Shown here: positions 1-13,162 of the stretch, piece by piece
Layout: every line of letters begins with the position of its first letter
Numbering within the stretch: the first letter of the stretch is position 1
NCBI GenBank assembly: GCA_038087875.1
Contig: CM075987.1
Location: 25,794,001-25,858,000 of the forward strand
DNA: 64,000 nucleotides
Source of the DNA: Malacoraja senta
Lineage: Eukaryota
Direction: 5' to 3'
Notes under the pieces: model-generated
The model's database searches: none
What the model was told of the DNA's origin: nothing
What the model saw: the letters and a program-made list of their open reading frames with translations, nothing else
Translations under genes and position numbers: made by a program

Positions 1-37
1 CGGGGACAGGCGGCATCTCTGGAGAGAAGGAACGCGT

Positions 38-65
38 GACGTTTCGGGTCGAGACCCTTCTTCAG
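38..65 (-). ncRNA. Minimal type I hammerhead ribozyme core (PLE-type)
   Basis: Minus strand CTGAAGA-A-GGGTC TC GACCC-GAAA-CG-TC: intact CUGANGA and GAAA boxes, GUC cleavage triplet. Confidence 0.65.
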
Positions 66-127
66 CCTCAACCCGAAACGTCACCCATTCTTTCTCTCCA
101 CAGATGCTGCCTGTACCCGCTGAGTAA

Positions 128-457
128 TACCCCTGTCCCACGGTGCGAGTTCATTCCAAGTGCTCTCCCGAGTTTAAAAAAAATCAAACTCGTGGTAAGC
201 ACGGAGAATGAACGTAGCGGGTACGTCGGAGCTCGGGGACGTCTCTTAGCGGCTCGTAACGCTAACGGCAGGTACTCGGGAAGACTCGCTAACGGCAGGT
301 AAGCACGGGGAGACTCGTGAAGATTTTTCAACATGATGAAAAATATCCACGAGAGCCCCGAGTACCGACGAGCGGCCATTACCGTAAATCTCCGAGTTCG
401 AATCGGTGCAAACTCGGGAGAACTCGTGGAATGAACTCGTACCATGGGACAGGGCTT
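128..457. mobile_element. PIF/Harbinger-type MITE
   Basis: TIRs CCCTGTCCCAC..GAGTTCATTCCA / TGGAATGAACTC..ATGGGACAGGG; TAA/TTA flanks; removal restores the host GAGTTACTCC. Confidence 0.8.
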
Positions 458-1011
458 TTACTCCAGCATTTGGAGTCTGTCTGCAGAGCATGTATATATA
501 TATACAGTATGTATGTATATTCCACTACAAAGGAAATAAGCCTCTTAAATTCCCACTTGTCTGTGGCTGAATATTGACAGATAGCTTGGGTAAGTCAATG
601 GTTTTTCCTAAATGCAATATTTTTCACTTCAAATGACTTTAATTATTAAATCTGTTATTCACCATTTAAGGTCATTTACTAATTTACAGAGCCTTTCCCT
701 CAGCAATCCATATCTGCATATTTGATTCTGTTGTTTTTAAAATGTTGCATTTGGAGAATTGCAACATATTCATAGCACCATGAACACCATTATTTTCAAG
801 AGCAAGAGCAAGAGCTGTGGATCTGAATTGATATCGTTTCAATTATTCATGAATTAGCTTATTAAATCAATACTTTACCTTCTTTGATATTGAAATGCTG
901 GAAACATTTTTCACTGATCCCGGTTTTAACATTCAAGTCTTGTAAGTCAAGATTTGCTTATTCAGATCACAAAATACTGATGTCACGACCGTGACTTCAT
1001 GATCACATGTT

Positions 1012-1144
1012 GTGTTAAAGAAGGAACTGCAGATGCTGGAAAATCGAAGGTAGACAAAAATGCTGGAGAAACTCAGCGGATGCAGCAGCATCTATGGAGC
1101 GAAGGAAATAGGCAACGTTTCGGGCCGAAACCCTTCTTCAGACA
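1012..1144 (-). mobile_element. Penelope-derived terminal repeat (subfamily B) with hammerhead core at 1114-1141
   Basis: Minus strand CTGAAGA-A-GGGT TTCG GCCC-GAAA-CG-TT, then arm and tail ending TGCAGTTCCTTCTTTAACACA. Confidence 0.8.
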
Positions 1145-1150
1145 TTGTGC

Positions 1151-1448
1151 TTAGTTTCGTTTAGAGATACAGCGGGGAAACAGGCCCTTCGGCCCACCAA
1201 GTCCGCGCCGACCAGCCATTAATACTGTCCTACACCAGGGACATTTTTTACATTTATACCAAGCCAATTAACCTACAAACCTGTACGTCTTCGGAGTGTG
1301 GGTGGATACCGAAGATCTCGGAGAAAACCCACGCAGGTCACGGGGAGAACGTACAAACTTCGTACAGACTAGCACCCGTAGTCGGGATCGAACCCGGGTC
1401 TCTGGCGCTGTGAGGCAGCAACTCTACCGCTGCGCCAGCGTGCCGCCC
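1151..1448 (-). mobile_element. HE1-like tRNA-derived V-SINE
   Basis: A box TGGCGCAGCGG, B box GGTTCGATCC, V domain, CR1-like tail and (CTAAA)n. Confidence 0.9.
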
Positions 1449-2068
1449 TAGTGCAGAGGAACAGTTGGGTCTATGTTGGTGATGCAGAGTGTTTGAGTGA
1501 CTGCAGATCACATTAACTCGTACTTCAGTACGAGAACCTTAGCTTCACCTGCCCAATCAATCAGTTTCGCAAACACTGAACACAGCGTTGCCTTGAAGTC
1601 GAGAAGGCAGACCTGAAAATAAAATCCCAAAATGTTTCATGAATCAGAATGCTGTCAGAAGTCCATTGTAATACTGACCAAAAGCGTTGGATTAAAAATT
1701 GTACCTCATCAATCACGTTATTGATTTTTATTTTCCTTCCGGTAAATAAAAAAGCTCTTTAGAACTTCCAACATACAAATAAGTATGGAGCAGAATCGTT
1801 ATGCTCTGAGAAATTGTGCTAATAGCAAATTTTAGATGGATTAAATATTGTCTGTACGAAACAATTACACTGAGTACATTGTCCTATCATAAGTAGCAAA
1901 CTCGTTTTCAGATCTCTAAGGAGAGGTATTATGAGCTTACCATTACACATTCTCCACGTGGCTTATTGTTTCCAAAGCAATTATGTAACTAGCTGTGTAG
2001 GAAAGAACTGCAGATGCTGTTTTAGACTGAAGATAGACACAAAGAGCTGGAGTAACACAGCAGAGTAT

Positions 2069-2408
2069 GGGGGCGATCTTATAGAGGTGTATAAAATATA
2101 TGAGAGGAATAGATCGGGTAAACGCACAGAGTCTCTTGCCCAGAGTAGGGGGAATCGAGGACCAGAGGACATAGGTGAAGGGGGAAAGTGAAATAGGAAT
2201 CTGAGAGGCATATTTTTCACACAAAGGGTGGTGGGTGTATGGAACAAGCTGCCAGAGGAGGTAATTAAGGCTGGGGTTATCCCAACTGTTAAGGAACAGT
2301 TAAGACAGGTCTATGGACAGGACAGGTTTGGAGGGATATGGATCAAATGCAGGCAGGTGGGACTAGTGTAGCTGGGACATGTTGGAGGGAGTGGGCAAGT
2401 TGGGCCAA
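2069..2408 (+). mobile_element. CR1/HER1-like LINE 3' fragment
   Basis: GDLIEVYKI...FFTQRVVGVWNKLPEEV ORF2 C-terminus and 3' UTR. Confidence 0.85.
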
Positions 2409-2893
2409 AGTTTGAATCCCTCAAATTCACCACCCTGTGATCATGGTGTCTTCAGGCCAGTCCTTTGCTGATACTATTGCCACTGTGAATTGCAATGGAA
2501 AAGAAATATTAGCGGTAAGATGCAATGAAAGGCAAGATCTTTCCATTTAAACACAGCAATCATACAGCCACTTGAGAAGTTAAGGCTTTCTTTCTAATGT
2601 CATTTATCTACATTATGGTAAAAGAAGGTGGACCTTGTATCTCTTTCCTTGCACGAGATGATAGTCCTTGACTTCTTTCACTCATCGTTTTAATAATTTA
2701 ACTAATTTCTCAATTGGAAAGGAAAACGATGGTGGGGGGGGGGGGGGGGTAGACAAGACCTAATCGTTGCACTCACAGTACATATTCCCAGGGACCTGAA
2801 GCAGCCATTATGTGTACAAGAAGCTTCAATTTTATGAAATGTTTAACATTAAGCTCCAATTACTGAAGTTATTCCTTGCCAAAATGTTGTCAT

Positions 2894-3221
2894 CACGGTG
2901 GCGCAGCGGTAGAGTTGCGGTAGAGTTGCTGCCTTACGGCGAATGCAGCGCCAGAGACCCGGGTTCGATCCTGCCTACGGGTGCTGTCTCTACGGAGTTT
3001 GTACGTTCTCCCCGTGACCTGCGTGGGTTTTCTCCGAGGTCTTCGGTTTCCTCCCACACTCCAAAGACAAACATGTTTGCAGTTTAATCAGCTTGGTATC
3101 AACGTCAATTGTCCCCAGTGTGTGTAGGATAGTGCTGGTGTGCGGGGATCGCTGGTCGGTGCGGACGCGGTGGGCCGAAGGGCCTGTTTCCGCGCTGTAT
3201 CTCCAAGCTAAACTAAACTAA
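2894..3221 (+). mobile_element. HE1-like V-SINE
   Basis: A/B boxes, V domain, (CTAAA)n tail. Confidence 0.9.
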
Positions 3222-3267
3222 GATATTAACTGTTTCCCTTTCCCCATATCCTGCCCGATTTATTATA

Positions 3268-3620
3268 ATTTTTATTTTTTTATTTTTTTATTTTATTAGA
3301 AGTTAATACAATACAAAACAATACAGTGGCACCTAATTTTAGGTGCCAACTATGTCATAACGTAATGCATTCTATGTACAACCTCTAGTTTTATGTTTTT
3401 GAAAAGGAGGTAAAAAATTTAAAAAAAAGAAAGAAAAAAAAAGAGAAAAGAAAGAGGAAAGATAAATAGTAGAAAATAGAAAAACGTGAAGTGTGTATAT
3501 AAGAAAAGAAAAAATAGAAAGTAGAAATAGTAGAAAAAGACCCTTAAAAAAGAAATTTTCAAATCTTTGTTTGGAGATGTAAATCTATCCACGACCTGAC
3601 CTGAAATCAGTAATCTTTAC
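3268..3620 (-). mobile_element. Probable L1-type LINE 3' UTR
   Basis: T-rich UTR ending CTTCTAATAAAATA plus A-rich tail on minus; same end motif as the L1 at 15876-16420. Confidence 0.55.
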
Positions 3621-4296
3621 GGTAATTTATTTATTAATGTTATTTATTTTTACATATCAAATTTCCAACATCTGCAATTAAAAAAAAACAAAACAGATCA
3701 AGGGGAGAACGTACAAACTCTGTACTGACATTTACCTGTCACCACGATGGAACCCATTCTCCGGTGCTGTAAGTCCTGCTACCACTGCACCACCCTGTCA
3801 CCAGAAGAGGAGATTATTTTCATTTGGCATCATGTTTGTGTAGACATTGTGGGGCAAAGATGCCTGTTGCCATGTTGCATTATTCTATGTTCTGTATTCT
3901 ATAATAATGGTTTGTTATTTAGAGTCCTTGACTCGACAGATTTTGCATTGGAGATGGTTTTTTGAGTCTATAGTATCTTCGAATTGTTTTTGAAGTGCAG
4001 AAAATACTGAAACGGTCAATAAGGCAAAACTGTGGAAGAAGTAAGTGATTGAACTGAAATTATCTGGATATTTACAGCTCCTGCCAATTTACTCAAACCT
4101 TCAAAAGCAATGGACATCTCTTCACAAATGGGATACTGATAAAAAGGAAGTGAAGGAGAATTTCAACCCTCTCTTCAGAGAGGGTCTAGAGGCTCTCATG
4201 ACAATAAACTCTCTTGAATCTTGAATCTAGAGACAGACGAAGGTTTTAGTTTGTTTCACTCCATTGACAAGTTATTTGTTGGAATCAAACAAACAT

Positions 4297-4600
4297 GGCG
4301 GCATGGTGGCGCAGCGGTAGAGTTGCTGCCTCACACCACCAGAGACCCGGGTTCGATCCTGACTACGGGTGCTGTCTGTACGGAGTTTGTACATTCTCCC
4401 CTCGTGACCTGCGTGGGTTTTCTCTGAGATCTTCGGTTTCCTCCCACACTCCAAAGACGTCCAGGTTTGTAGGTTTGTTGGCTTAGTGTAAATGTAAAAA
4501 TTGCCCCTAGTGTATTAATGTGTGGGGATCGCTGGTCGGCGCGTACTCGGTGGGCCGAAGGGGCCTGTTCCCACACTGCATCTCTAAAGCTAACCTAAAC
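4297..4600 (+). mobile_element. HE1-like V-SINE
   Basis: A/B boxes, V domain, tail. Confidence 0.9.
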
Positions 4601-4956
4601 CCAAGCATTACGGTGAAAGGGGCAAAGTTCAAAGGAGATGTACTGGGCGCGTATTTGACACGGAGGGTGGTGAGTGCCTGGAACGAGCTGTCGTGGGGCT
4701 GGCGCTCATTCCATACACCCACCACCATTTGTGTGAAAAAGTTACCCCTTAGGTTCTTATTAAATCTTTCCCCCTTCACCATAAATCTTTTCATTCTCCA
4801 TTCCCCTACTCTGGGCAAGAGATGTCCGATTATCAATGTGGTACCGTATTATGCATTTAACACATGCAACAACGTACATATTTCCATTGCTCAGGATGGA
4901 TACATGCATCTTATATACTGCCACATTGGCTTTAGTTTAATTTAGGTTAATAATTA

Positions 4957-5280
4957 GGGTGGCACAGTGGGAGAGTTGCTGTCTCACAGCGCCAGAGTCC
5001 CGGGTTCGATCCCGACTGCAGGCGCTGTCTGTACGGAGTTTGTACGTTCTCCCCATCACCTGCGTGGGTTTGCAACGAGATCTTTGGCTTCCTCCCACAC
5101 TCCAAAGATGTACAGGTATGTAGGTTAATTGGCTTGGTCTAAATGTGTAAATGTAAAAGACCCGACCCTAGTATGTGTGTAGGGTAGTGTTAATGTGCGG
5201 GGATCGCTGGTCGGCGCGTACACGTTGGGCCGAAAGGACCGTTTCCGCGCTGTATCTCTAAACTAAAATTAAACAAACCT
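4957..5280 (+). mobile_element. HE1-like V-SINE
   Basis: A/B boxes, V domain, tail. Confidence 0.9.
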
Positions 5281-5792
5281 AAAAACTGGACAGGAAATAC
5301 CAATGTATTTTCAATGTTGTAAGCGGAGCAGGTATTAAACTAGTGCAGTGATGGTCCTGCAGATTGAACACAATCTTGATCCTTTATTGCAGAGAGATCA
5401 AGGGAGTGGGATTAATTCTGACTTATTCCAACTAAAACAGAAGCATAGAGGGCAACATGTTCTGCAGTACTGAAATATCTTGAGAGCCAATGCAAAGAAG
5501 GATATACAAATTCAAGGGAGCCAGCGGAGGCTGAGTTTCTCTAGAGTTGTACGTTAAGCCTTGCAAGTCTATTCTTTGAATGCTACACGCGGACAGAAGT
5601 CTCTGAAGAAGATGTGAATTTAAATGTTCATAAATCCGTGTTGGCGTTTTCTCAATTAGGAAGGGTTGTGTTACTATGGTGGGGAATTAATTGTTACCTC
5701 CAAATTAAATCAAGGAATCTACCAAAAGATGTCAGTAGATTTCAGAGACACCGTTGCCTGTGGCCGAACCCTAGAGCTAATAACAACGCAGA

Positions 5793-6115
5793 GGATGGCA
5801 CGGTGGCGCTGCGGTAGAGTTGCTGCCTTACAGCGCTTACAGCGCCAGAGACCCGGGTTCGATCCTGACTACGGGTGCTGTCACTGTGGAATTTGTACCT
5901 TCTCCCCGTGACCTGCGTGGGTTTTTCCGGAGAACTTCGGTTTCCTCCCACACTCCAAAGACGTGCAGGTTTGTAGGTTAATCAGCTTGGTATAATTGTA
6001 AATTATCCCTAGTGTGTGTAGGGTAGTGTTAGTGTGCGGGGATCGCTGGTTGGCACCAACCCGGTGGGCCGAAGGGCCTGTTTCCAGGCTGCATCTCTAA
6101 AGCAGATAAACTAAA
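5793..6115 (+). mobile_element. HE1-like V-SINE
   Basis: A/B boxes, V domain, tail. Confidence 0.9.
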
Positions 6116-6383
6116 ACCTGCTTGTATGTGATCCATAATTCCAGCATTTCAACAACATTATTGTTCTTGTGCTTAAAATATTGGGGGGGGGGGTTAGGGT
6201 CATTACTGCTTAATTGAAACCCTCATTAGGCTCTACATTAACAGAGGTAAACATTTAAAAGTTGGTCATCTTTTCCCTTTAGTTTTATTCCATCCTCTTC
6301 AAATGCATGTCTCTTGCATGAGGTGTCAATACTAACAAGTAATGGATATCGATGAATAAAACTGGCTTAATAGTTAACTCTAA

Positions 6384-6857
6384 AGGGCCTGTCCCACCAG
6401 CATGCGACTGTATGCGGCGAGCACGACCAAACGTGGTCGCTTGAGCCGTACGGCCTCGCGGAGCCGGTCCCACTTCGATCGCCGGAGCCGTATGGAGTTG
6501 TGCGGGGCTGGTCCGGACATCGCGCGGGGCTCCGAAAAACTGACACTGTCCAAAAATCCCGCGTGGCAACGGTCTGTCGGCCCGCAGTTGCATTGAGGGC
6601 GTATGCAGCGTCTTGACGGCGTACGCCTAGCGCGTGGCGTTGCCCGATGACGTCACTGCCCGGCGTGCCGTTGCACGATGACGTCACCGCCCGACGCCGT
6701 GCGACGTCCAAATTCTGTCGGTCCGCCTCCTGCCCAGCTGATTGGTGAGTATGACGTAAATTACGTCACGCGCGGACTTTGCGCGTACTTAACGCGAACT
6801 CCGCTTCCGTTTGGTCGCGCTAGACGCATGCAATCGCATGCTGGTGGGACAGGCCCT
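6384..6857. mobile_element. PIF/Harbinger-type MITE (474 bp)
   Basis: TIR AGGGCCTGTCCCACCAGCATGCGA at both ends; perfect TAA TSD (6381-6383, 6858-6860); CpG-rich. Confidence 0.9.
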
Positions 6858-6907
6858 TAAGGCTATACATCTACACCGCAAGCTCTTGGTCTTGGTTGAT
6901 TGTCTTA

Positions 6908-7745
6908 TGGGCCTGTCCCACTTAGGCGACTGCAGGAGACTATGCTGTCACCACATGGTCGCCACATGTTCGCGGGTGGTTGCAGGGGAGTCGCCTTCGT
7001 GGTCGCGAGGAGTTCCCGCATTCTGGGAACTAGTCGCGGCCTCATTATGGTCGCCGCGAATTTCTCGACATGTTGAAAAATTAGCGGCCACTAGAATGAA
7101 GCCGCCATGGAGAGTGGCGAGAATTCTCGTGCCGTAGGTGGGTCGCCAGGAGGTCCTAATGGGTTGCTAGGAGGTCGAAGGTTCTCGGAGGCTCTCGTAG
7201 GTTGTAGCCGGTGCTGACCGGTGAATTTCATTGGCTCAAAGAAGGTAAGCAGTAGTTTTCAAAACCAAGGATAACCGACCGGTAACGGTTAAATGTCCGC
7301 CGAGCTTCACAGCCGTGTATCTCTGGCTTCTTAAAAGTTGTCTCCTCCCCCCCCTTCTCTCCCCCCCCCTTCTCTCCCCCCCCTTCTCTCCCCCCCCTTC
7401 TCTCCCCCCCCCCCCCTCTCCCCCCTTCTTCTCCCCCCCTTCTCCCCCCTCTTTTAAAGGATTTACCGTTCACTGTGCTTTAGCCATCTTAATTACAGCG
7501 CCAACCTTCCTGTTCATCGCGGCGTGTGTCTGTATCACCTTGGCTGTGCACCGTGAATTTTTTAGACAGGGCAAGCAGGGGGAGCGCTGTCTAAAAAAAT
7601 CACATGGGCTGGTGAAGGAAGCAATGTGTGTGCGTGTGTTCCACTCTGACAGTCGCCGTTACAGTTGCCGTTTTTTCAGGCGACTGCTGGTAACTTGACA
7701 GTCGCCGGCAGTCCGCTGAAAAATCGCCTAAGTGGGACGGGCCCA
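6908..7745. mobile_element. PIF/Harbinger-type MITE (838 bp) with internal C-rich tract
   Basis: TIR TGGGCC(T/C)GTCCCACTTAGGCGA; TTA TSD (6905-6907, 7746-7748). Confidence 0.9.
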
Positions 7746-7831
7746 TTACTGAGGCAATTGAAGGTAATTCACATAGCTCCTTCCTTCAATAAGTATACTG
7801 TCCATAATTGCAAGGAAATGCAATGCATACT

Positions 7832-8110
7832 AGTTTAGTTTACTCGCAGAACGCGGAAACAGTTCCTTCGGCCCACCGAGCCCGTACCAACCAGCGATCC
7901 CCGCACGTGAACTCAACCCATTTATACCAAAGCCAATTAACCTACAAACCTGTACGTCTTTGGAATGTGGGAGGAAACCGTAGATCTCGGAGAAAACCCA
8001 CACAGGTCACGGGGAGAACGTACAAACTCCATACAGACAGCACCCGTAGTCGGGATCGAACCCGGGTTTCTAGCGCTCTAAGGCAGCAGCTCTACCGCTA
8101 TGACACTGTC
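7832..8110 (-). mobile_element. HE1-like V-SINE
   Basis: B box, V domain, tail on minus. Confidence 0.85.
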
Positions 8111-8867
8111 AAGTTACCTAAAACGTTATTCCCTCATCATGTATCAGTACACTGTAAATGGGTCGATTGTAATCATGTGTTGTCTTTCTACTGACTGGTT
8201 AGCACGCGACTAAAAGCTTTCTCACTGTACCTCGGAACACGGACAATAAACTCAACTGAACTGAACTTTCCTTCGACATAACAACACTGCTATTTTGCCT
8301 GGATGTTGGTAATTGAACCAGTGAGTTATTAAGGCACGTAGTTATAATTCATGGCACACACACTATTTAAAATGCAGTGTGCTTCTGAAGCAAAGTGCAT
8401 TCAGTAATGTTTTTTTATAACAGCCGAGCACACTTATAATTCTGCTCCTGTGACATTTGCCCGTTGTAAAGTGGACGTGGACATTTACCTCGTAACCTGG
8501 AAGAAAGGTAAATTGAAGGGGAAATGTACTTTGAATATTTTTTGCGGAAAGCTTTGTTGATCGGTTCAGTCCAGATTAATTTTGGCGAACAAATTCAGGA
8601 AATGTAGAACACTTCCATTGGGAGGATGGTGGCAAGCATGTTAAACACAGATTAGAGAAACAGTGTCGTAAATTCTTCCCTCGGGTCATATCAAGAGTGG
8701 CGAGTCAGGGAGAGATAGATCGTAATGTCCTGCCTGTGTACACTATGATTAAAACATTTGAGCCTGAAAATTAGAATAAGCTTGAGGGGGCTGTGTTTGC
8801 AGTTAGTGAAATATCAATCAGTTAGACACAACATTGTCCACCCATCTTGAAATAACTGAAATTAGTA

Positions 8868-9067
8868 GCGGCGAGGTGGCGCAGCGGTAGAGTTGCTGCC
8901 TCACAGCCTGGGTTCGATCCCGACTACGGGTGCTTGTCTGTACAGAGTTTGTACGTTCTCCCCCCCCCCTCGTGTGTGTAGGAGAGTGTTAACGTGTGGG
9001 GATCGCTGTTTGTTGCAGACTCGGTGGGCCGATTGGCCTGTTTCCGTGCTGTATCTCTAAACTAAAC
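8868..9067 (+). mobile_element. HE1-like V-SINE, internally deleted
   Basis: Head and tail present, part of V domain missing. Confidence 0.85.
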
Positions 9068-9068
9068 A

Positions 9069-9427
9069 ATAGACCATAGACAATAGGTGCAGGAGTAGGC
9101 CATTCGGCCCTTCGAGCCAGCACCGCCATTCAATGTGATCATGGCTGATCATCCACAATCAGTACCCCGTTCCTGCCTTCTCCCCATATCCCCTGACTCC
9201 GCTATTTTTAAGAGCCCTATCTAGCTCTCTCTTGAAAGTATCCAGAGAACCTGCCTCCACCGCCCTCTGAGGCAGAGAATTACACAGACTCACCACTCTC
9301 TGTGAGAAAAAGTGTTTCGTCGTCTCCGTTCTAAATGGCTTACTCCTTATTCTTAAACTGTGGCCCCTGGTTCTGGACTCCCCCAACATCGGGAACATGT
9401 TTACTGCCTCTAGCGTGTCCAAGCCCT
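9069..9427 (-). mobile_element. CR1/HER1-like LINE 3' fragment
   Basis: GLDTLEA..MFPMLGESRTRGHSLRI..FFSQRVV..GTGY* then (CTATTGT)n-type tail. Confidence 0.9.
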
Positions 9428-9743
9428 GAACAAAACTAAAAAGCAGAAGACTGAATAACAACATCTTAGCAGCAAGACTAGTTTCCTTTTGCTTTCTTGT
9501 CTGACTACGCAAGATGACCAGCCGGGGTTCGATTCAGTTCATGCCCATATGGTAAATGAAGAAAGACGTGAAATGTCAACAGTTTACTTTGTTAGGAGGG
9601 AAAGTGTTGCTGTTTAAAACCACTAATTTGGAGAAAAAATACGCTAAAATCTATAATTGCTGCTTTCAGTCTGAGTGAAGAGGAGATTTTAAAATAGAAC
9701 TTAATTGTACATTTGGTGAAATAAGCAGAATAGAATAAACAAG

Positions 9744-9955
9744 GTGTGACACGATGGAACCGCAGACGCTGGTTTAACCCGAAGATAGACACAAAATGCT
9801 GGAGTAACTCAGCGGGACAGGCAGCGTCTCTGGAGGGAAGGAATGGGTGATGTTTCGGATCCAGACGCTTCTTCAGACCTAAAACGTCACCCATTCCTTC
9901 CCTCCAGCGATGCTGCCTGTCCCGTCTGAGCTACTCCAGCGTTGCGTGTCTATCT
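9744..9955. mobile_element. Penelope-derived palindromic element (subfamily A)
   Basis: Tail plus inverted arms around a degraded hammerhead. Confidence 0.8.
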
Positions 9956-10256
9956 ATAGAATAGACAAGGTTTTGCTTCAACGGGAATAACATCACAATC
10001 ATTCGACTGTTTAACAAAGAAAACAGAAAATTGGCACCTTCTTGTTGATGTCACTTCCATGGGACACACAGCTGTGGAACAAAAATGTTTTAGAGACTCA
10101 TCTTAAAAAGGAAAATAGGGATGATGTTTACAACACATTTTGCACTGCTTCACAGAATCATCTCGACCAATGAAGGCCATTTTGTTCTTCATACTTGTGC
10201 CACCAATCTGATAAAGCTGCTCACTCAGTCCCACTTACTTTTCTTTTGTTTCGCCT

Positions 10257-10842
10257 TTGGTTTAGTTCCGAGATACAGCGTGGAAACAGAGTCCGCACCG
10301 ACCAACGATCTCCGCACACTAACACTACCCTACACACACTAGGGACAATTTACTCTTACACCAAAGTTAATTAACTTGCGAACCTGTACGTCTTTGGAAA
10401 CCCAAAGATCTCGGAGAAAACCCGCGTGGTCTCGGGGAGAACGGACAAACACCGTACACCTCTGGTCAGGATCGAACCCGGGTCTCCGGCGTTGTAGGGG
10501 TGCAACTCTACTGCTGCCCCATTGTGCTGCCTTTGTCTTCTTTCGGAAAGAGGGAAATAAATAAATAAATATATAGAAACAGGCCCTTCAGCCCATCGAG
10601 CATTGATCACCCGTTCACACTAGTTCTATGTCATCACACTTTCGCTCCACACCAGACCAGTGGAAATTTACAGAGGCCAATTAACCTGCTAATCCCGCAC
10701 GTCTTTGGGCTGTGGGAGGAAACCGGAGCACAGGGAGGTAGAGCGTGCCAGCTCCACACAGGCAGTACCCGAGGTCATAATCGAACATGGGCATTTGGCT
10801 CTGTGAGGTAGCGGCTCTACCATCTAGGCAACTGTGCCACCC
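10257..10842 (-). mobile_element. Two V-SINE copies (10257-10531 and an older variant 10575-10842)
   Basis: V domains and tRNA-like heads on minus. Confidence 0.8.
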
Positions 10843-11085
10843 TCTCCACTTTGTTTTGGAAATTCACAATTTAACGTGCTTCCTCCAGCTTTTTAAGTCA
10901 ATGTATCTTGCAATTTAAAAACGCATTGAACAGAAAGAAAATTCTCCTCATCCTTTGTTCTTTTGTCAAGGGTTCTAAATAAATGTCCTCTATTTATCAA
11001 ACTTTGCTCCAAGGAAAGATTTGGTTCCATTATCTCGATCAAAATGCCAACCGTTTTGAAACACTATTAAATTTTGTTCAGTATT

Positions 11086-11555
11086 TTAGTTTAGAGCTAC
11101 AGCGCGGAAACGGGTCCTTCAGTCCACCGAGTCCGCGCCGACCAGCGATCCCCGCACACTAACACTATCCTACACACGTTAGGGGCAATTTACAATTTTA
11201 CCAGGTCAGTACAAATGCTGAATGTGGGAGGAAACCGGAGAAAACCCACGCAGGTCACCGGGAGAACATGCAAACTCCATGCAGACAAGCACCCGTAGTC
11301 GGGATCGAACCCGGGTCTCCGGCGCTGGAAAGGGCCTGTCCCACTTTCGCGACCTTCACAGGCGACTGCCGGCACCCGTGATGGGTCGCCGAAATTTTCA
11401 ACGTGTTGAAAATTCAGCGGCGACCAGAAAGACGCTACGACTCTTTGGAGACCTCTCACGACCACGGTCGCCTAGCCCTTTTCTCCAGAGATGCTGCCTG
11501 ATCCGCTGAGTTACTCCAGCATTTTGCGTCCATCTTCAACTCTACCGCTGTGCCT
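11086..11555 (-). mobile_element. HE1-like V-SINE interrupted by a Harbinger MITE end (about 11331-11468) and a PLE arm (about 11475-11538)
   Basis: SINE breaks at GGCGCTGGAA|AGGGCCTGTCCCAC and resumes at CAACTCTACCGCTG. Confidence 0.8.
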
Positions 11556-12384
11556 CAATTGTGTTATTTAAAAAATAATGATCCAACTAATTTCACCAGA
11601 TTTTGTTTTATCTAATTTTATTTTTAATTTCTCCAAACAAATCAACAACAAGTGCTTGGGGTTTGATTCTGGGTTTTGAAATATTGGGTCATTTCAAGTG
11701 AAGTAATCCCTTTAAATCACAATTAACATCTCTCAAGACAAATTTAAATTATTCAGCCCACACTACCATTTTAAAATAAGATAAAGAATAATGGAAGCGG
11801 GATTGATGGAACACTGCTAAGTTTGCTCAACATGTTGATTAAGATTCTGCAGGCTATATCAGAAGTCAGTGCTCTGTTCGAAATAAGCTCTGGTGCTAAT
11901 TTGTTGGAGGGAATTAAAATCTTTGAGGTCAGGGCAGGGAGAACTGAAACAAGGCTTGTACATGGCAATAATTATCCTTAAGCCATTGATGCCTAAACTC
12001 AAAATCCCATGTATCGGAAATCAGAATCGTTGTGAGAGCGTGTTATTTCGAAATGTTACAAGTGGCTAAAAGGCCAATTTTGTGGCTGCGAAGAAATAAG
12101 ATGTTGGGTTATTGAGAGACCAGAGGGAGTTGACATTCATAGATAATAAGAGTGTGGAAAGGCAGGTGTATGGTAATGCAGTGAGACATCATCTATGGGC
12201 CTTAGGGAGAGCAGAGGAAATATTTGAAGGTTAAGAAGGCCCCGATGGGGTATGTTCAAACAGCTTCTTCAAGAACCAGCAGCTAAGAACATTTATAAGC
12301 CGATTCCAGCTTTAAATCATCTTTCCCTTGTAGCGATCGTATTCTGAGGGGAATGATCGCAGTTAGCTGTGTGGAAAGGTAGGC

Positions 12385-13162
12385 TGTAGGAAGGAAGGAA
12401 GTCGCAGGTTGAAACCAAAGATAGACACAAAAAGCTGGGGTAACTCAGCGGGTCAGACAGCATCTCTGGAGAAAAGGAACGGGTGACGTTTCGGGTCGAG
12501 CCCTAGTGAGACCACACCTGGAGTATTGTGTGCAGTTTTGGTCCCCTAATTTGAGGAAGGACATTCTTGCTATTGAGGGAGTGCAGCGTAGGTTTACAAG
12601 GTTAATACCCGGGATGGCGGGACTGTCATATGCTGATAGAATGGAGCAGCTGGGCCTGTACACTCTGGAGTTTAGAAGGATGAGAGGGAATTTCATTGAA
12701 ACATATAAGATTATTAAGGGCTTGGACACGCTAGAGGCAGGAAACATGTTCCCGATGTTGGGGGAGACCAGAACCAGGGGCCACAGTTTAAGAATAAGGG
12801 GTAATCCATTTAGAACGGAGACGAGGAAACACTTTTTCTCACAGAGAGTTGTGAGTCTGTGGAATTCTCTGCCTCAGAGGGCGGTGGAGGCGGGTTCTCT
12901 GGAAACTTTCAAGAGAGAGCTAGATAGGGCTCTTAAAGATAGCGGAGTCAGGGGATATGGGGAGAAGGCAGGAACGGGGTACTGATTGGGGATGATCAGC
13001 CATGATCACATTGAATGGCGGTGCTGGCTCGTAGGGCCGAATGGCCTACTCCTGCACCTATTGTCTATTGTCTATTGAAACCCTTCTTCAGGAACTCGAC
13101 CCGAAACGTCACCTCTTCCTTTTCTTCAGTGAGTTACTCCAGCTTTATGTGTCTGTCTTCAG
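12385..13162. mobile_element. Penelope-derived palindromic element split by a CR1 insertion
   Basis: GACGTTTCGGGTCGAG|CR1|AAACCCTTCTTCAG..CCCGAAACGTC. Confidence 0.8.
12501..13077 (+). mobile_element. CR1/HER1-like LINE 3' fragment with open ORF2 C-terminus
   Basis: VRPHLEYCVQFWSP...GTGY* (12506-12985), 3' UTR, (CTATTGT)3. Confidence 0.95.

Larger units (their letters stand above)
1..483. mobile_element. Penelope-derived palindromic non-autonomous element (subfamily A), interrupted by a MITE
   Basis: Inverted arms (GGACAGGCGGCATCTCTGGAGAGAAGG... / ...CCACAGATGCTGCCTGT..CCGCTGAG|TTACTCCAGCATTT); MITE at 128-457 splits GAGTTACTCC. Confidence 0.8.

Noticed and set aside
2894..2975. tRNA-like A and B boxes, here and in about 35 other places
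   Set aside because: SINE heads continuing into V domain and LINE-like tail; no complete cloverleaf.
6384..7745. CpG island or promoter
   Set aside because: CpG richness is confined to two TIR/TSD-bounded MITEs.
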